A DNA stretch of 63,371 bases, filler included, from Globobulimina sp. (GCA_003354225.1; 30 parts of 30 records of this genome joined end to end with filler, not necessarily neighbours in it); one strand, 5' to 3'; counted from the first letter of the whole stretch, positions 23,317-35,879 are shown. The notes: generated by a model from the sequence alone, not told the origin. Translations and numbers: made by a program.

Positions 23317-25300
23317 ATGGATAACATCTCCACCTTCATTGAAAATAATGAAAACGTGGATAACAACCAGAAAAAACAACATATCGATAAAAACATATTA
23401 TTACAAAAACACGACGATCACAACGACCATCACAACGACCATCACAACGACCATCACAACGACAATGAATCATATAATCTCAGCGACCATATCTCTGATG
23501 ACGATGTTTTGAGCGACGTTAATATCACAATGTCGACCAATAAGCAATCCCATCCACTAAATCTAACTGAAAATCAGACCATATCCACACTGACCACCTC
23601 AAACAACAAGAAATCGCACCAATACAAGCAATCCATCACTCAGCCATTCGACCCAAATGGCTATGACGGCGTCATCAATGCCTTGGATGTACTACAAAAC
23701 TTCTTCAATATCAATGAGGTTTGGTATTCAAAAACGTTTTTTATAGCACATTATCTCACTGCAATTCTACAAATGTAACGTTTTTTGCATCACAGGAAGA
23801 GAATCATTTCGATATAGAATCGAAGAATGAAAGTGATGCCACCACCAACAGCGATGATGAAGTATTAGACCGCAACTTTGAGCGCAATAACGAGCAGAAT
23901 CGAGATCCATTTGATACGGATGTAAGTGACGAATCGCATGACATCGTCTCCAATCATTACACTGCGGATAACATACATGTCAAAAACAAACATTCTGAAT
24001 ACGACAAGTTAGCCTTCAATATCGCCAATAGCACCCATTCCCGTTCACGCTCCGTCCACTCGAATGTGTCCCATACCGGCTCGAAAAATACAGAAAAACA
24101 CCCCAATGTCCACGTGCACCCCAAAGAAAACACAAATTTGGCCGAACCGCCCATACACTCTCATTTGCACACATTGACGAATCAAAATAAAACCGAGATA
24201 CATGATAAAAATAATAAAAACAGCACCGTTGCCGGGACCAGCGGCCATCATCGCGTCGTCACTCCCATTCCAGTGAACAGACTAAAATCCAAGAAATACC
24301 GATTGAAATCACCCAAATCGGCGAACAACAACAACAACGAAGAGAAATCCTCGACGATGTCTCAGATTCAAATCAACGACGAACAGATGGCGATGGTGAA
24401 TAATTTTCGAAATAAAAATACAATCTCTTTTTCAGAGATACTGTCCGAAGCAAATAAGCGTAATTATAACATCACGCCGCAGTCACAATACCTAATGGCG
24501 AGTACGCATTTAGTGATTGATCACAGCAAAGCGTTATCTCCTTCGCATTCCGCACGGTCACAGACCGAGATATCGGTGGATAACGCCGACGAATATGATT
24601 ATAGAATGATGGCAGATGGTGGCTGTAAACGCATGTCGCAGTCTTATGGCATTCCACCGGTGGACGCAGCACATAACACCAATAATAATAATAATATCGT
24701 GGGTGGCTCGCGCGAGCTATCCACAGTGGACATTATCATGGAAGAAGACGAAAATGAGTCAGACCAACAACATATGAAAGGCGATATTGGTGTGTTGTTG
24801 GGACAGCCTTCGGTGCCCTCCCCACCTCCGCCGCAGGCACCGATCATTGACAATATAATACGGCTCAACTCGTTAGGACCGCCCCCGGCGAATAATACCA
24901 GTGTGAATCTAAAGAGTTTGCGGTCATTGTCGTCGCATTATGACACTCAATCGCATGCACACAATAAACGGTACAACGCAGTGAATAAAATGGACGAAGA
25001 CGATGAAGAGTTGGAGTTGCCGCAGGAAGATGGTATGGACGCTGATATTGACGAAGATGATGAGGATGAAGCGCCACGGACATTGATTACCATTCAAAGT
25101 ATAGATTCGCCGGTGAATTATAAATATAATCCACATCAACGCGACAATTCTATGGTTGTAGAGTACGACGAACAGTCTTCGTTTCAGGATGACTTCGTAT
25201 CGACTAATTACACACCATCGAATAATCAGAATCAGCACAAGGAGGCTAATAATAATGATGCGTATAGCTATCATCCATTCAGTCCGAAAATCAAAGTGAA
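23317..25300 (+). CDS. Low-complexity, probably disordered protein (intron 23719-23795; 3' partial)
   Basis: ORFs 23317-23778 and 23721-25352 join in phase 0 via GTTTGG...CACAG; N/D/H/S-rich; NDHH tandem repeat. Confidence 0.7.
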
Positions 25301-25471
25301 NNNNNNNNNNNNNNNNNNNNNNNNNNNNNNNNNNNNNNNNNNNNTTAATTAATTAANNNNNNNNNNNNNNNNNNNNNNNNNNNNNNNNNNNNNNNNNNNN
25401 AAAAGTGTGACGCTTTTAGTATTACCGCTATGCCCTGTGCGCGATGTAAAAGGGAAACGCTCATTCAAAAT

Positions 25472-27226
25472 TTAAATATATGTTCCACTTGGTTTGGTTT
25501 TATCAGACACAAACAATCCTTTCTTCAAATCACAATTTACGCATAATGTTTGTTCCATCACCCAGACTGCTGGCACTTTCTCATCATCCGCCACATATTT
25601 AATTAAATATATATTTGTTTTTAATGCATCTTGTGTTCGATTCATAATTTCTGCCAGCCAAGCGACTGGATGATCGCCATTAATTATGTGATAGACTTTG
25701 TCCCGCACTTTAAACAAAAAATTAGCCATTCCTTGCGAACAGATTTCTGGAAACTGAGGAACATCAAAATCTTTTGCCCGTCCAAAGTGTGGAACAAACG
25801 CATAGGTAATTTCAACATTTCCGCTCAAAATATCTTCAAAACGATCACCAAACTCTTTTGCATCACTTTCATTCATTAAAATGAATTTCTTTTGAATTGA
25901 TCGCATTGAATAATTTAAAGATATATCTGTCGATAATAGGCAAACATATTTTTGGGTTGAATCTTGTTTTGTGAATGGACCATTTTCTTTTTGTAAAAAT
26001 TTGATTGAATCGTCCACCAGAACCCATGTCCATGTATGAGCCCAGTTGTCCTGATCCACTGCACGAGTTAAAAATATGCCTGTTTTCTTTTTAGAGTCGA
26101 TAATTGTTTTATACAGATCATAAACATTTTTAATATCTTTATTTGAATCATCTTTATAATATATTCTGTTAAAATTTAAAAATGTTTCCTTATTTTTAAT
26201 CTTTATAGGAATATTAGTATATAAACTAACATCTCCATCAAATATCTGTATACGACGAAATGACACTCGGTGTAACAAACTATGTCTAAGGGCGGATTCA
26301 AATTGGGGATCAAAGTTTGTTGCTATACTCGATGATAACATGATGGCTTTCATAATACAGTTCGTTTCTCCATTTTGAATATGATATTGATCAAAATAGT
26401 TTGCACTTAATTGGACTTTATGATTATCACCATTCGAATCATTAAATTTATAATCAAAATATAGATTCTTTTTTTTCAAACACTCGACTTCTGCTAATGT
26501 TGGTACATTATTACCGCATAAAAAATTATACAATGTTAATAATTTCGCATTCATTGGTGTGCCAGATGCGACACATTTACTTAGTGTTTGTTGTGCCTCA
26601 GAATATACACACATTCTTGGCTTTGATTTTTCTTTTCTTCCATCCACTGTTTTATTCCTCATTATATTTGCAATCGCATTGTCATTACATTGTTGATAAT
26701 CCAACTTATCAATATTTAGTACATTATCAAATGAAATCATACGTTTTTTGACAAATTCTACTCCATTTGCTAATGTTTTCAACAATTTGCCTTGCTCCGC
26801 CATCATATTTGGTAGATTTGTAATTATTTTACCATGCTCTGCCATCATATTGGTTTGATTGTCAATTTTTTTATCAATCTCCGCCAGACGATTTTTCAAC
26901 TGTTGAAGTTCAGATTTATTTTCCTTAATTAAAGTTGTATTCTTATTTAAGACTGGTTGGAGTTTCTCCCGCCAATGTTTATCCAATACAGCCAGTACTT
27001 TTTTATCATCATTCACTAATTGTTTTAATGTTTTATTAATTTTTTGTGTAATTTTGGTATCAACCTTTGATTCAGACATAGTTGCCAACATTTTGTATAT
27101 TCGGCGCAAATTTGTCGCGGTTCTAGGTCTAGTTTGTAAATGCTTTAGCATCAATGCTAAACTTGGAAAGGTTTTAATGTTATTTTCTTTTAAATTATAG
27201 TCATTTGTAGTTTTGTTACGCCACAT
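25472..27226 (-). CDS. Hypothetical protein with N-terminal coiled coil
   Basis: 584-aa intronless ORF; heptad region with internal repeat NMMAE(H/Q)GK. Confidence 0.65.
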   Translation of the reverse strand: MWRNKTTNDYNLKENNIKTFPSLALMLKHLQTRPRTATNLRRIYKMLATMSESKVDTKITQKINKTLKQLVNDDKKVLAVLDKHWREKLQPVLNKNTTLIKENKSELQQLKNRLAEIDKKIDNQTNMMAEHGKIITNLPNMMAEQGKLLKTLANGVEFVKKRMISFDNVLNIDKLDYQQCNDNAIANIMRNKTVDGRKEKSKPRMCVYSEAQQTLSKCVASGTPMNAKLLTLYNFLCGNNVPTLAEVECLKKKNLYFDYKFNDSNGDNHKVQLSANYFDQYHIQNGETNCIMKAIMLSSSIATNFDPQFESALRHSLLHRVSFRRIQIFDGDVSLYTNIPIKIKNKETFLNFNRIYYKDDSNKDIKNVYDLYKTIIDSKKKTGIFLTRAVDQDNWAHTWTWVLVDDSIKFLQKENGPFTKQDSTQKYVCLLSTDISLNYSMRSIQKKFILMNESDAKEFGDRFEDILSGNVEITYAFVPHFGRAKDFDVPQFPEICSQGMANFLFKVRDKVYHIINGDHPVAWLAEIMNRTQDALKTNIYLIKYVADDEKVPAVWVMEQTLCVNCDLKKGLFVSDKTKPSGTYI

Positions 27227-27910
27227 AAATATATTTATCTTCTCATCAGCTTTATCTTAAAAAATATAGAATGTTAAAGCATTGATAGAAAGTTAAAGCA
27301 CCCATTTATTACAATGATAATAATAGTAATTGGGCGCAATGATTAATTACAACGACAAAGCAATAAAATAGGCCATACATCGCAAGGCCTATTTTTTTTA
27401 AATTCATTTAGTAATTNNNNNNNNNNNNNNNNNNNNNNNNNNNNNNNNNNNNNNNNNNNNTTAATTAATTAANNNNNNNNNNNNNNNNNNNNNNNNNNNN
27501 NNNNNNNNNNNNNNNNTACACCAATTTCAGGATGCACTTGTTTTAACACTTTGTAAATGTAAATGTTGTATGTTTGTTTTTGTTTTCTTTTATAAGTTCG
27601 CTGAGCGCCTGATTTGGACATAATTTATTCTTGATGCTTTTCTTACTTTTAAAGTTTGATTGGTGGAGATTAAGGTTATTCTTTTTTGCTTTGGTGGAGA
27701 AATTTTGTCCATAAATTCAGCTCATATATTAGCAAATACATTGTGTTGTGATCAAGATGTATTGGTCAAGCAATCGAACCAAATTTAATTTGGTCTTCAA
27801 GTTTACTCAAAGTATTATATAAAGTGAAAGGCGTTTTTTTCAGTGAATTGTTTCAGCCGAATTGATCGTATGGATTTGAAGGTGTAATAATATTGGTAAT
27901 GCTGTCTTAT

Positions 27911-28170
27911 GTTAGGACAGATTAGGACAGGTTAGGATATATTAAGACATGTTAGAAAAGGATAGGATAGATTAGGACAGACTATGATAGATTAGGATAT
28001 ATTAGGACAGGTTAGGATATATTAAGACAGGTTAGGATAGGTTAGGGTATATTAACACAGATTAGGACAGATTAGAAAAGAACAGAATAGAAAAGGTTAA
28101 GATAGATTTGGACAGAATATGATAGATAAGGATAGAATAGAATAGGATAGATATCTATAGGTTAGGATAT
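27911..28170. repeat. Degenerate 5/10-bp-period satellite (RTTAGGAYAG-like)
   Basis: gttaggacag attaggacag gttaggatat attaagacat ..., about 26 ten-mers. Confidence 0.9.
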
Positions 28171-28203
28171 GACAAGTGCAGAATAACTCTTTTCAACAAA
28201 AAT

Positions 28204-28470
28204 GCATTTACCTAGCCATTTACCTTACTGACGGTAAATGATATGTAAATACTGATTTTCAATTTTTCATTTATATAGCCATTTACCTATCCATTTATAT
28301 AGTATTTATATAGTATTTATATAGTATTTATCTAGATATGTAAATGTCTATTTCAGTTTTTCATTGCAAAAGTCATTTACCCAGTCATTTACTTAAACTT
28401 TTTCATTTACCTCTGAAAAAAAAGCATTTACCTAAATAAAAATTACAATTTTCTTAATCATTTACCTGAT
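28204..28470. repeat. Cluster of CATTTA(C/T) motifs in both orientations
   Basis: More than 10 copies of catttac/catttat, inverted gtaaat copies, and an 11-bp tandem (tagtatttata). Confidence 0.75.
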
Positions 28471-28886
28471 TTTGATTTAACGATATTCCAAAAGATACCC
28501 CCCCCTGGTCGATAAGTTGTATACATTATTATCTGAGAAACGCTTTGCAAATCCAGAAACAGTTTGCTATAGGTTTGTCTTGGATTTGTTCTGTGTTTGT
28601 TATAACTTTGTCTTGGGTTTGCTAATCCAGAACAAAGTCAGAACAAATTTATAATTGAATTTTGAGTTATCATTTGGAACATATCGTTAAGGCAAAGAAT
28701 GGAAATAAGATAGATACAGTTGTGAAAAACAGCATAATTTGACCATCTACTTTGAAGTACTTTGAACATACTAACAAGGCGTTTAGAGTCACTTTAGACG
28801 ACAACAATTTGTGTGCCCCTGGGCGCGAGAATGTAATGATCTCTGTGGTTTTCTAGTTAGGAAGAAGTTTCAAAAAACATTTTAAA

Positions 28887-29532
28887 ATGGGCACTAAAGC
28901 CAGTCAGTTACATAATGTATTACAAGAAAATGTATCAATGATATCCCAATACAATTATCCTGTACAATTTAAAATAAATGATAGTGTTTGCAAACTCGCT
29001 TATTTGCACAGATGCACATGTGACGAATTAATAAAAATTGCAAAAACAAAATTATCAGATGACCAATTAAAAAATTACACATTTGTTATTAAAGATGATG
29101 ATGATTATGAATTTTGCGCCGATGATGAAAAATTACAAGCTGCATTTGATGCGCTTGATGACACAGATGAGTTAAAAATATTATTTCTAACCATATTTCT
29201 TAAACGAAAACGAAAAACTGTTTCTATAGTTATTGACAATGATAATTTAAATATGACCTCGAAAATGCCTGATTTAAGTATATTTATACCGCCTCAAGGC
29301 TCATTACCCAGAACCATTTCAATTGAAACATTTTGGAGTGATTCCTGTTTGGAAGATTTAATCACATTTAATAAAAAAGCCCTAATCTATGATGAGTTGG
29401 TTGCAGCCAATGAATTATTTAAAAAAGGAAATTCTGATATTTATGTCGGCGACACAGAAAGCATAAAATTATATTGTATCCCTTATATTGTTGCACAAAT
29501 CCATTCCAATGTAAATATTAAAGGCTTTAAAC
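28887..29532 (+). CDS. PB1-like domain protein (3' partial)
   Basis: VQFKIND first-strand Lys and acidic OPCA-like IKDDDDYEFCADDEKLQAAF. Confidence 0.55.
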
Positions 29533-29632
29533 NNNNNNNNNNNNNNNNNNNNNNNNNNNNNNNNNNNNNNNNNNNNTTAATTAATTAANNNNNNNNNNNN
29601 NNNNNNNNNNNNNNNNNNNNNNNNNNNNNNNN

Positions 29633-31648
29633 TGCATTCACATTTTAATTGAAATTGCATTGAATACATTGCTAAAAACCTAGCATCTAAATACTGATAA
29701 TTATATTGAACATTACGTAATGTTAATCGGATCAAATTATTACAAACACCTTCCATATTTTCAAACATTTCCATCAATGATTGAATATAAAAATAATTCA
29801 TATTATTTACATTATAAATTGTTATTTCTTTTAAATGAGTAAAAAGACGCGAAATGTAATCAATATTCACTAAATTATTGCATTTATCGTTAATTAAATA
29901 CTTTCTAAGTCCATAATAAGTATTATTTATCATTTCCAATGAAATTTCAACCATTTTTTGTTGAAAACACAAATTTTTAAATAAAGAGCGTATATATTTT
30001 GGTATTTTATTGTTTTCATATTTATTGTAACAATCAATATGTTTCAGTAAAGAATGTATTATCATGTAATCAGTCTCACTTATTTCCGATACATTTAATT
30101 GCGTCAATTCTTTTGCTGTGAGCACAAAATTAAAAAATAAATTCAATGCTTTCATAAAGATATAATAATTTTCATTTGTGTGTAACATTCGAATATTATT
30201 CAATTTTAATTTTGATTTATTTCCTCTTTGACTTTGACCAAAGAAAATATGCTCATTTTCATTTCCGTTCGATGATAACCACGAACAATCAAAGGATTTT
30301 AAATAACAAAATTCATTCTCTCCTCGCAACTCTAATAATAACATGCCATTCATATCGGATATATCAACAAAGGATTTTACTGCAACTTCAATCATCGAGG
30401 TCATACTGGTCGGACCATTGAAATTCATTGAAAAGCTCTCAAATTTACATTTTGTGACACCATGATAAAATACCTGCGTTTTATTGGAACTTATTTTTTT
30501 CCCAAACAATTGCACCGTTTCTGTTAAAAGTTTGGCAAAATGATAAAATTCCCGATGTCTAATTTTAATTTGTTGGTTAGTTTCGTTGCTATTCAATTTA
30601 ATAAATGTTGATTTAAAATAAAATGTCAAATCATAATAATCACAAAATAATATAATACTCATCAAATGTTGGGGTGTTACACTTGAATTGGTTTTAATTT
30701 TAAAATATTCGGTCATTTCATTGTCTGTCACGGCTAATTGTTTTGAATAGTTACATTTACAAATTTTTGTAGCTTTTATAGTTATATTATTCACTACATT
30801 GATATTTAAACAATAAATGGCATTATTTATGATTTCATCTTTTAAGTTCAGATATTTTTTAGAAATATACCAATTTTTGGTTTCATTGCTATCTCTATAA
30901 TATGAATGATAATAATATTTGAACCCAAAGGAATCACTTAATGCAGCTGTGTTTGATGAATATAATCCCGATCGAAATGTTGCTGTCTCTGTAGTTTTGC
31001 GTTAGAATTGTTTTCAAGAAACAGATACAAAACAAATATATAGCAAAACTTTGTATTTTATTTGCCAGTTTGGTGAAAAATTTGCTTTGCATATTGTTTC
31101 TCCAATTTGTTTTTGAAATATTTAATTTATGAATGATTGCTTTGATGCGTTTTATTTGCAAATCATGAATTTGATACTTTTGATTGTTGTCATGTAATAT
31201 ATTTATTCTGTTTGCCGTATCAAATGAATGTAAAAAATAACAATGGATGGAATCTAAAGTGTCAATAAAGAATGCAATTTGGGCATCATTATCATAGATA
31301 ATATTACTTTTTTCATCATCAAAATGTCTATCTCCGGAATGGCGTTTATATGCTAAACATTTGTTAATGTCACAATAAATATGTGCAGCAATTTGATTGT
31401 ATATTAGTTGATATTCTTTTTGTATTTCATTAATTGTTTTATTATAAATTGACAAATGATGATTTAAAATATGATGGAAATCGTCTAATAATAATCTGTA
31501 TGAATATTGGAGTAATTTATTACTGTTTTCATTTAAATTTTGATACCAAACCAGACTTTCGATGATATTGGAGATTGAATTGCACGAAATAATGGAACAA
31601 TAATTGTTGAAATATTTGACTGAAAGTTTTGTATTTTGGCTAATCTGT
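29633..31648 (-). CDS. Expanded-family protein with ADP-ribosyltransferase-like domain (intron 30989-31049; both ends partial)
   Basis: One continuous frame after splicing GTTTTG...TACAG; motifs FYHGV, GPTSMT, ENEHIF. Confidence 0.7.
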
Positions 31649-31748
31649 NNNNNNNNNNNNNNNNNNNNNNNNNNNNNNNNNNNNNNNNNNNNTTAATTAA
31701 TTAANNNNNNNNNNNNNNNNNNNNNNNNNNNNNNNNNNNNNNNNNNNN

Positions 31749-33764
31749 TGCCATTTTCTAACGAATCGCGTATCCGGTAACTCCAACTCCTTATCGATGC
31801 GTTTGATTTTCGCCTGTGACTCTATCGTTGTATCTTTTATATTCACTCGAACGTCAATGCCCAGCCCCGGTATTACCAAAACAAACACACTACACTTGAT
31901 TCGCCCCACAATATCAATTAACTGCGCATCCACAATCACCGGTTTATCCATCAACAATAAGCACAAATGTATCATTTGCGACTCGATTTCCGCAAAATGC
32001 GCAGCCGCATTCCTCTCATTACACACCTTACACTGACTCTTCATCTCTTCAATCGACGGCAAGTGGCCCTCCTCCGCCTTATCCATCGTCAACGTATACG
32101 TCAACAATCGATGCACCATCACATCCGCATACCTTCTAATCGGAGACGTAAAATGTGTATAAAACGGGAAGTTAAGCGCCCAATGTCTCCAATCGGACGG
32201 CGGCGAGTCTTCCACCACAATGTACTGTGCCCGCATCATAGACATCGCCAACTGCGCATTAATAAGCTTCGCCGCCGAGGTTTCCCCATACAACACCTTC
32301 TCCATCTCGCTCAACGACTCGTTTAACTGCTGCGGCGTATCATATTTCAGCTCCATCCCTTGCGACCGGCAAATTAATTTCAATTTCCTCCCCTTTTCCT
32401 GCAACGGCGAGGGATGCCGCCGCAACAACGTATGCTCCTTGATACACGATATCAGCTTATTGGCCACCAACTGGTTCGCCAATAACATCATCTCTTCCAC
32501 CAAGTTATTGGACAATAACAAGATCTCCGGACCAAACACCAAGGCGCGCGAGTTGTCCTTACTTAATCTGAACCTTATTTTGCCGCGAAAGAACTTGACC
32601 GAGCCCGACGCAAATCTCCTCCCTCTCATTTGCGACGCAATCGACCAAAACAACTGCACATCGTCCACTAGCTCCGGCAATGCCACATCGTCGCTCAGCA
32701 CACAGCATTCGTCCAAGCTGGACACGTCCATACTCTCTTTGGTCAACATCCAATGCGCCGTCTCATAATTCAAGCGCGCCCGCGAACGGATGACAGTACG
32801 TCCAAACCACGGCGACTCGCCATAGCCATTGTCGCTGTCACCGCGCTCGCGTTTCACTAAATGGCCCTCTTCGTTCAATACCACAAATACAGAATAAGCC
32901 AAACGGTCCACGCCGGGGTTCAACGAGCACAGATTCTGACATAAATGGTGCGGCAACATTGGCAAACAGCGATCGACTAAATACACGCTCGTAGCTCGGA
33001 AAGCCGCTTCGGTGTCGACAATATTATTCGCGTCCTTGTCTAAGAAATGCGTCACGTCGGCAATGTGAATGCCAATCAAATACAACTTCTTCCCGCTGGC
33101 ATCCACTTCGTTCAATGCTTGGATGGACAATGCATCATCGAAATCGCGCGCAGACGTGGGGTCGATGGAAAATACGCGCATATGGCGGCAATCTCGCCGG
33201 TCCACATAATCTGCTTCGTCAATGACGCAGTTCTCTACGACATAGCGCTCAATCTCCGGCGTGAACTTACTGCGCCAAGATATGTTATGGTTGGCTAATA
33301 TCACATTAGTTTCTACGTCGATGGCGCCGCGACGCCCCAATTCTTGGCGTAAGTGGCATTTTGGTTGCATATTATGAACGGCCCACTTATGCTCAAACGA
33401 CATGGTAAAAAACATTAACTTCAACTCATCCATGTACATATTAGTCCGCTTCTTGATGCTCGCGGCATTGGTGCGCTCTTTCTGTTGCCTGCGGAGGTCA
33501 TATTTGCGGTTTTCGTACTCTTGCACGATTTCAATCTCTTCCTTTTCGTATTTGTAGAATAAATCTTCCAAACTGGCGGGCAATTCGCGCATTGGAAGGC
33601 GTGCTTTGGGATAGCGCTTATCCGACGGCGTGAATTGCGCCCAGCGACCGTCGATTTGGCCGGCAGCCGTGTAGCGAATTGGTAGTATGAAGCCAGGCAC
33701 ACAGTCTTTGACGCCCTTTTTCGGCTTATAAATGCCAACAATTTTCCTGTTGGGTGCCACGATA
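31749..33764 (-). CDS. DIS3L2: RNB-family 3'-5' exoribonuclease, DIS3L2-like (partial)
   Basis: SIDPTSARDFDDALS, IHIADV, ATSVYL, LCSLNPG, LVEEMMLLAN, YTHFTSPIRRYAD. Confidence 0.9.
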
Positions 33765-33864
33765 NNNNNNNNNNNNNNNNNNNNNNNNNNNNNNNNNNNN
33801 NNNNNNNNTTAATTAATTAANNNNNNNNNNNNNNNNNNNNNNNNNNNNNNNNNNNNNNNNNNNN

Positions 33865-34099
33865 TGATATCAAGTCCTCGATGCCAGTCATATCTGTTGC
33901 CGCTGGAGCCTTTTGTTCTTGGCCCGTAGGTGTTGTCAATTGGAAGATCATGGAACAAACATGATCCGCAACGAGTTATATCGCAAGAGGCAGTGCCTAT
34001 AGGCACACGACCACAAAGCGGCCAACATGTGGTCGTGGGAAAGCTAGAGCCATATGTTGCCACAACCCAAAGTGTTAGCGCTAGTAGGAAGGTATTCAT
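33865..34099 (-). CDS. Secreted M23-family metallopeptidase N-terminus (3' partial)
   Basis: Signal peptide, then WPL and TYGPR...YDWHRGLDI (HxxxD zinc motif). Confidence 0.65.
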
Positions 34100-34530
34100 T
34101 TCGTTGACATGGGACTAAATACTACAATAATAACCACTTGGTGATGATTGAAAACATCATACATTACGGTGTTGGTAAATCTATCCGTGCTAAAATCGTT
34201 TCTTAAAAACATCGATCATACCAAATTGGTTCGAATTGATTTCGATCATTTTCATGTGTATACGTATGAATAATTCATAAATTAATAGAAAATCCAAGCT
34301 CAAACTAAAGGAAAAAGTATAAAGATATAAAGCATTGTATAGCATAAATAATTACAAAGCACAAAATATTTAGTTTAAAAACAGCTAAATAAATCTTTTT
34401 GTATAAAACAAGCACAATATATCTTTCACAAAATAATTTATTTGACTGTTTTTAATCAAATGCCATTTACATTGTTTTTTTTTATAATATGATTCATAAT
34501 AAAATTGATAAAATTTCTTATATATTTACA

Positions 34531-35879
34531 TCATATGTCATCTACATATCGTTCCTTTGACATTGCAACATATCGATGATTATTCCATTTCATTCCAATA
34601 CATACTCCAATCCCCATACACAATGTACCAATGATAAAAAGTGTACATATCAACAATAAATCTTCAATTGAAACACCTTCATTCTGCCCACCGGTACCCG
34701 TTGATGCAACATACCTATATCTCATGGCATGTAATCCCACACTTTTCCCAGCTGCTTCACCTTCAGTTTCTCCAGTTTCTGGCACATTCATCTCCATTAT
34801 ACTGCTGCTGTCATTACTGTCATTACTGTCATTACCGAATTCCTCAGAAACGATATCAGATGTTTCTGATGAGGAGGGATATGATTGGTTATTGCCATCG
34901 ACTGAGCTATTTCTGTCATCAATTGCCACACTCTCAGTGGGAGCATTGGTTGGCAGCGAACAATTGCCGGCATGTACACAGTCCCAATCAGGTATAACTA
35001 TGTCATCGGGCAGGTCATACACAACATAAACATCACCTGGATCAATATTCGCAAGTGTCTGGTAATTGACTGGCCAATGATCCGCTCGTCCAAACGCCGC
35101 ATATTGCGCATAAACCTCCTCTTTTGTGCAATAATCGTATTGACAGCAACATATAACACGTTTATTATTCACCAAACAACCCATCATTCCAACTCCTTCC
35201 ACTATGGCACCCTCTCTATCATAATAATGAGCTTCTTCGTCTTTAATAGGACAGATTTCGTGTCGCGCACACTTCCACGACCACGATTTTTCTTCATCAG
35301 TTTCAGCAAGAAATGTCACTGCAAATTTGCAAGAATCACGAACTAAGCGATTGTTATTTTCATCGTATACCAAAGGGTCTTCGTGGTCGCACACATCTCC
35401 CTCGTTACAAAATTCTGGATCATATTCGCAATCAATATATCTCGCACATAATTCGGGTGTTGCTGCACATTGATCACTGCCTAAATTAGCATAGGTCTCT
35501 TTCTCTTTAAATCCGTATGGTTCCTGAAAGAATATACATAATTAAATCAAAACTCTCAAAATAACGTCAGATTATACTGTATTGAGCACAGAAACAAGTT
35601 ATAAATGCAATATAAATAAAAACAAGCCTCATCATTTTGTTCAAGACATGTGATCAAATTACCCATTTTATAGGGACCTTCAATGGGTTTTAATGTGGGT
35701 TTGATGGTTGTTCCATTGGTTGTTGCGTCTGCTGACTCGACAGACTCTGATTCGTTGTATGATTGAACTGATTCGTTAGTTGCTGTGGAAGTCTCTGTCT
35801 CTGTCTCTGCCTCCATTTCTTCAAAATATTCGATTACAGTCTCAACTGTTTCAACTGTGTCGCTTTCGCACATTACCAT
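34531..35879 (-). CDS. Type I membrane protein with Cys-rich ectodomain (5' partial; probable GC-AG intron 35524-35627)
   Basis: Cys-rich domain (ICCCQYDYC), Ser/Thr stalk, one TM helix near the C-terminus. Confidence 0.7.

Noticed and set aside
27911-28170. True telomere
   Set aside because: Highly degenerate, 10-bp higher-order period, and internal to the contig
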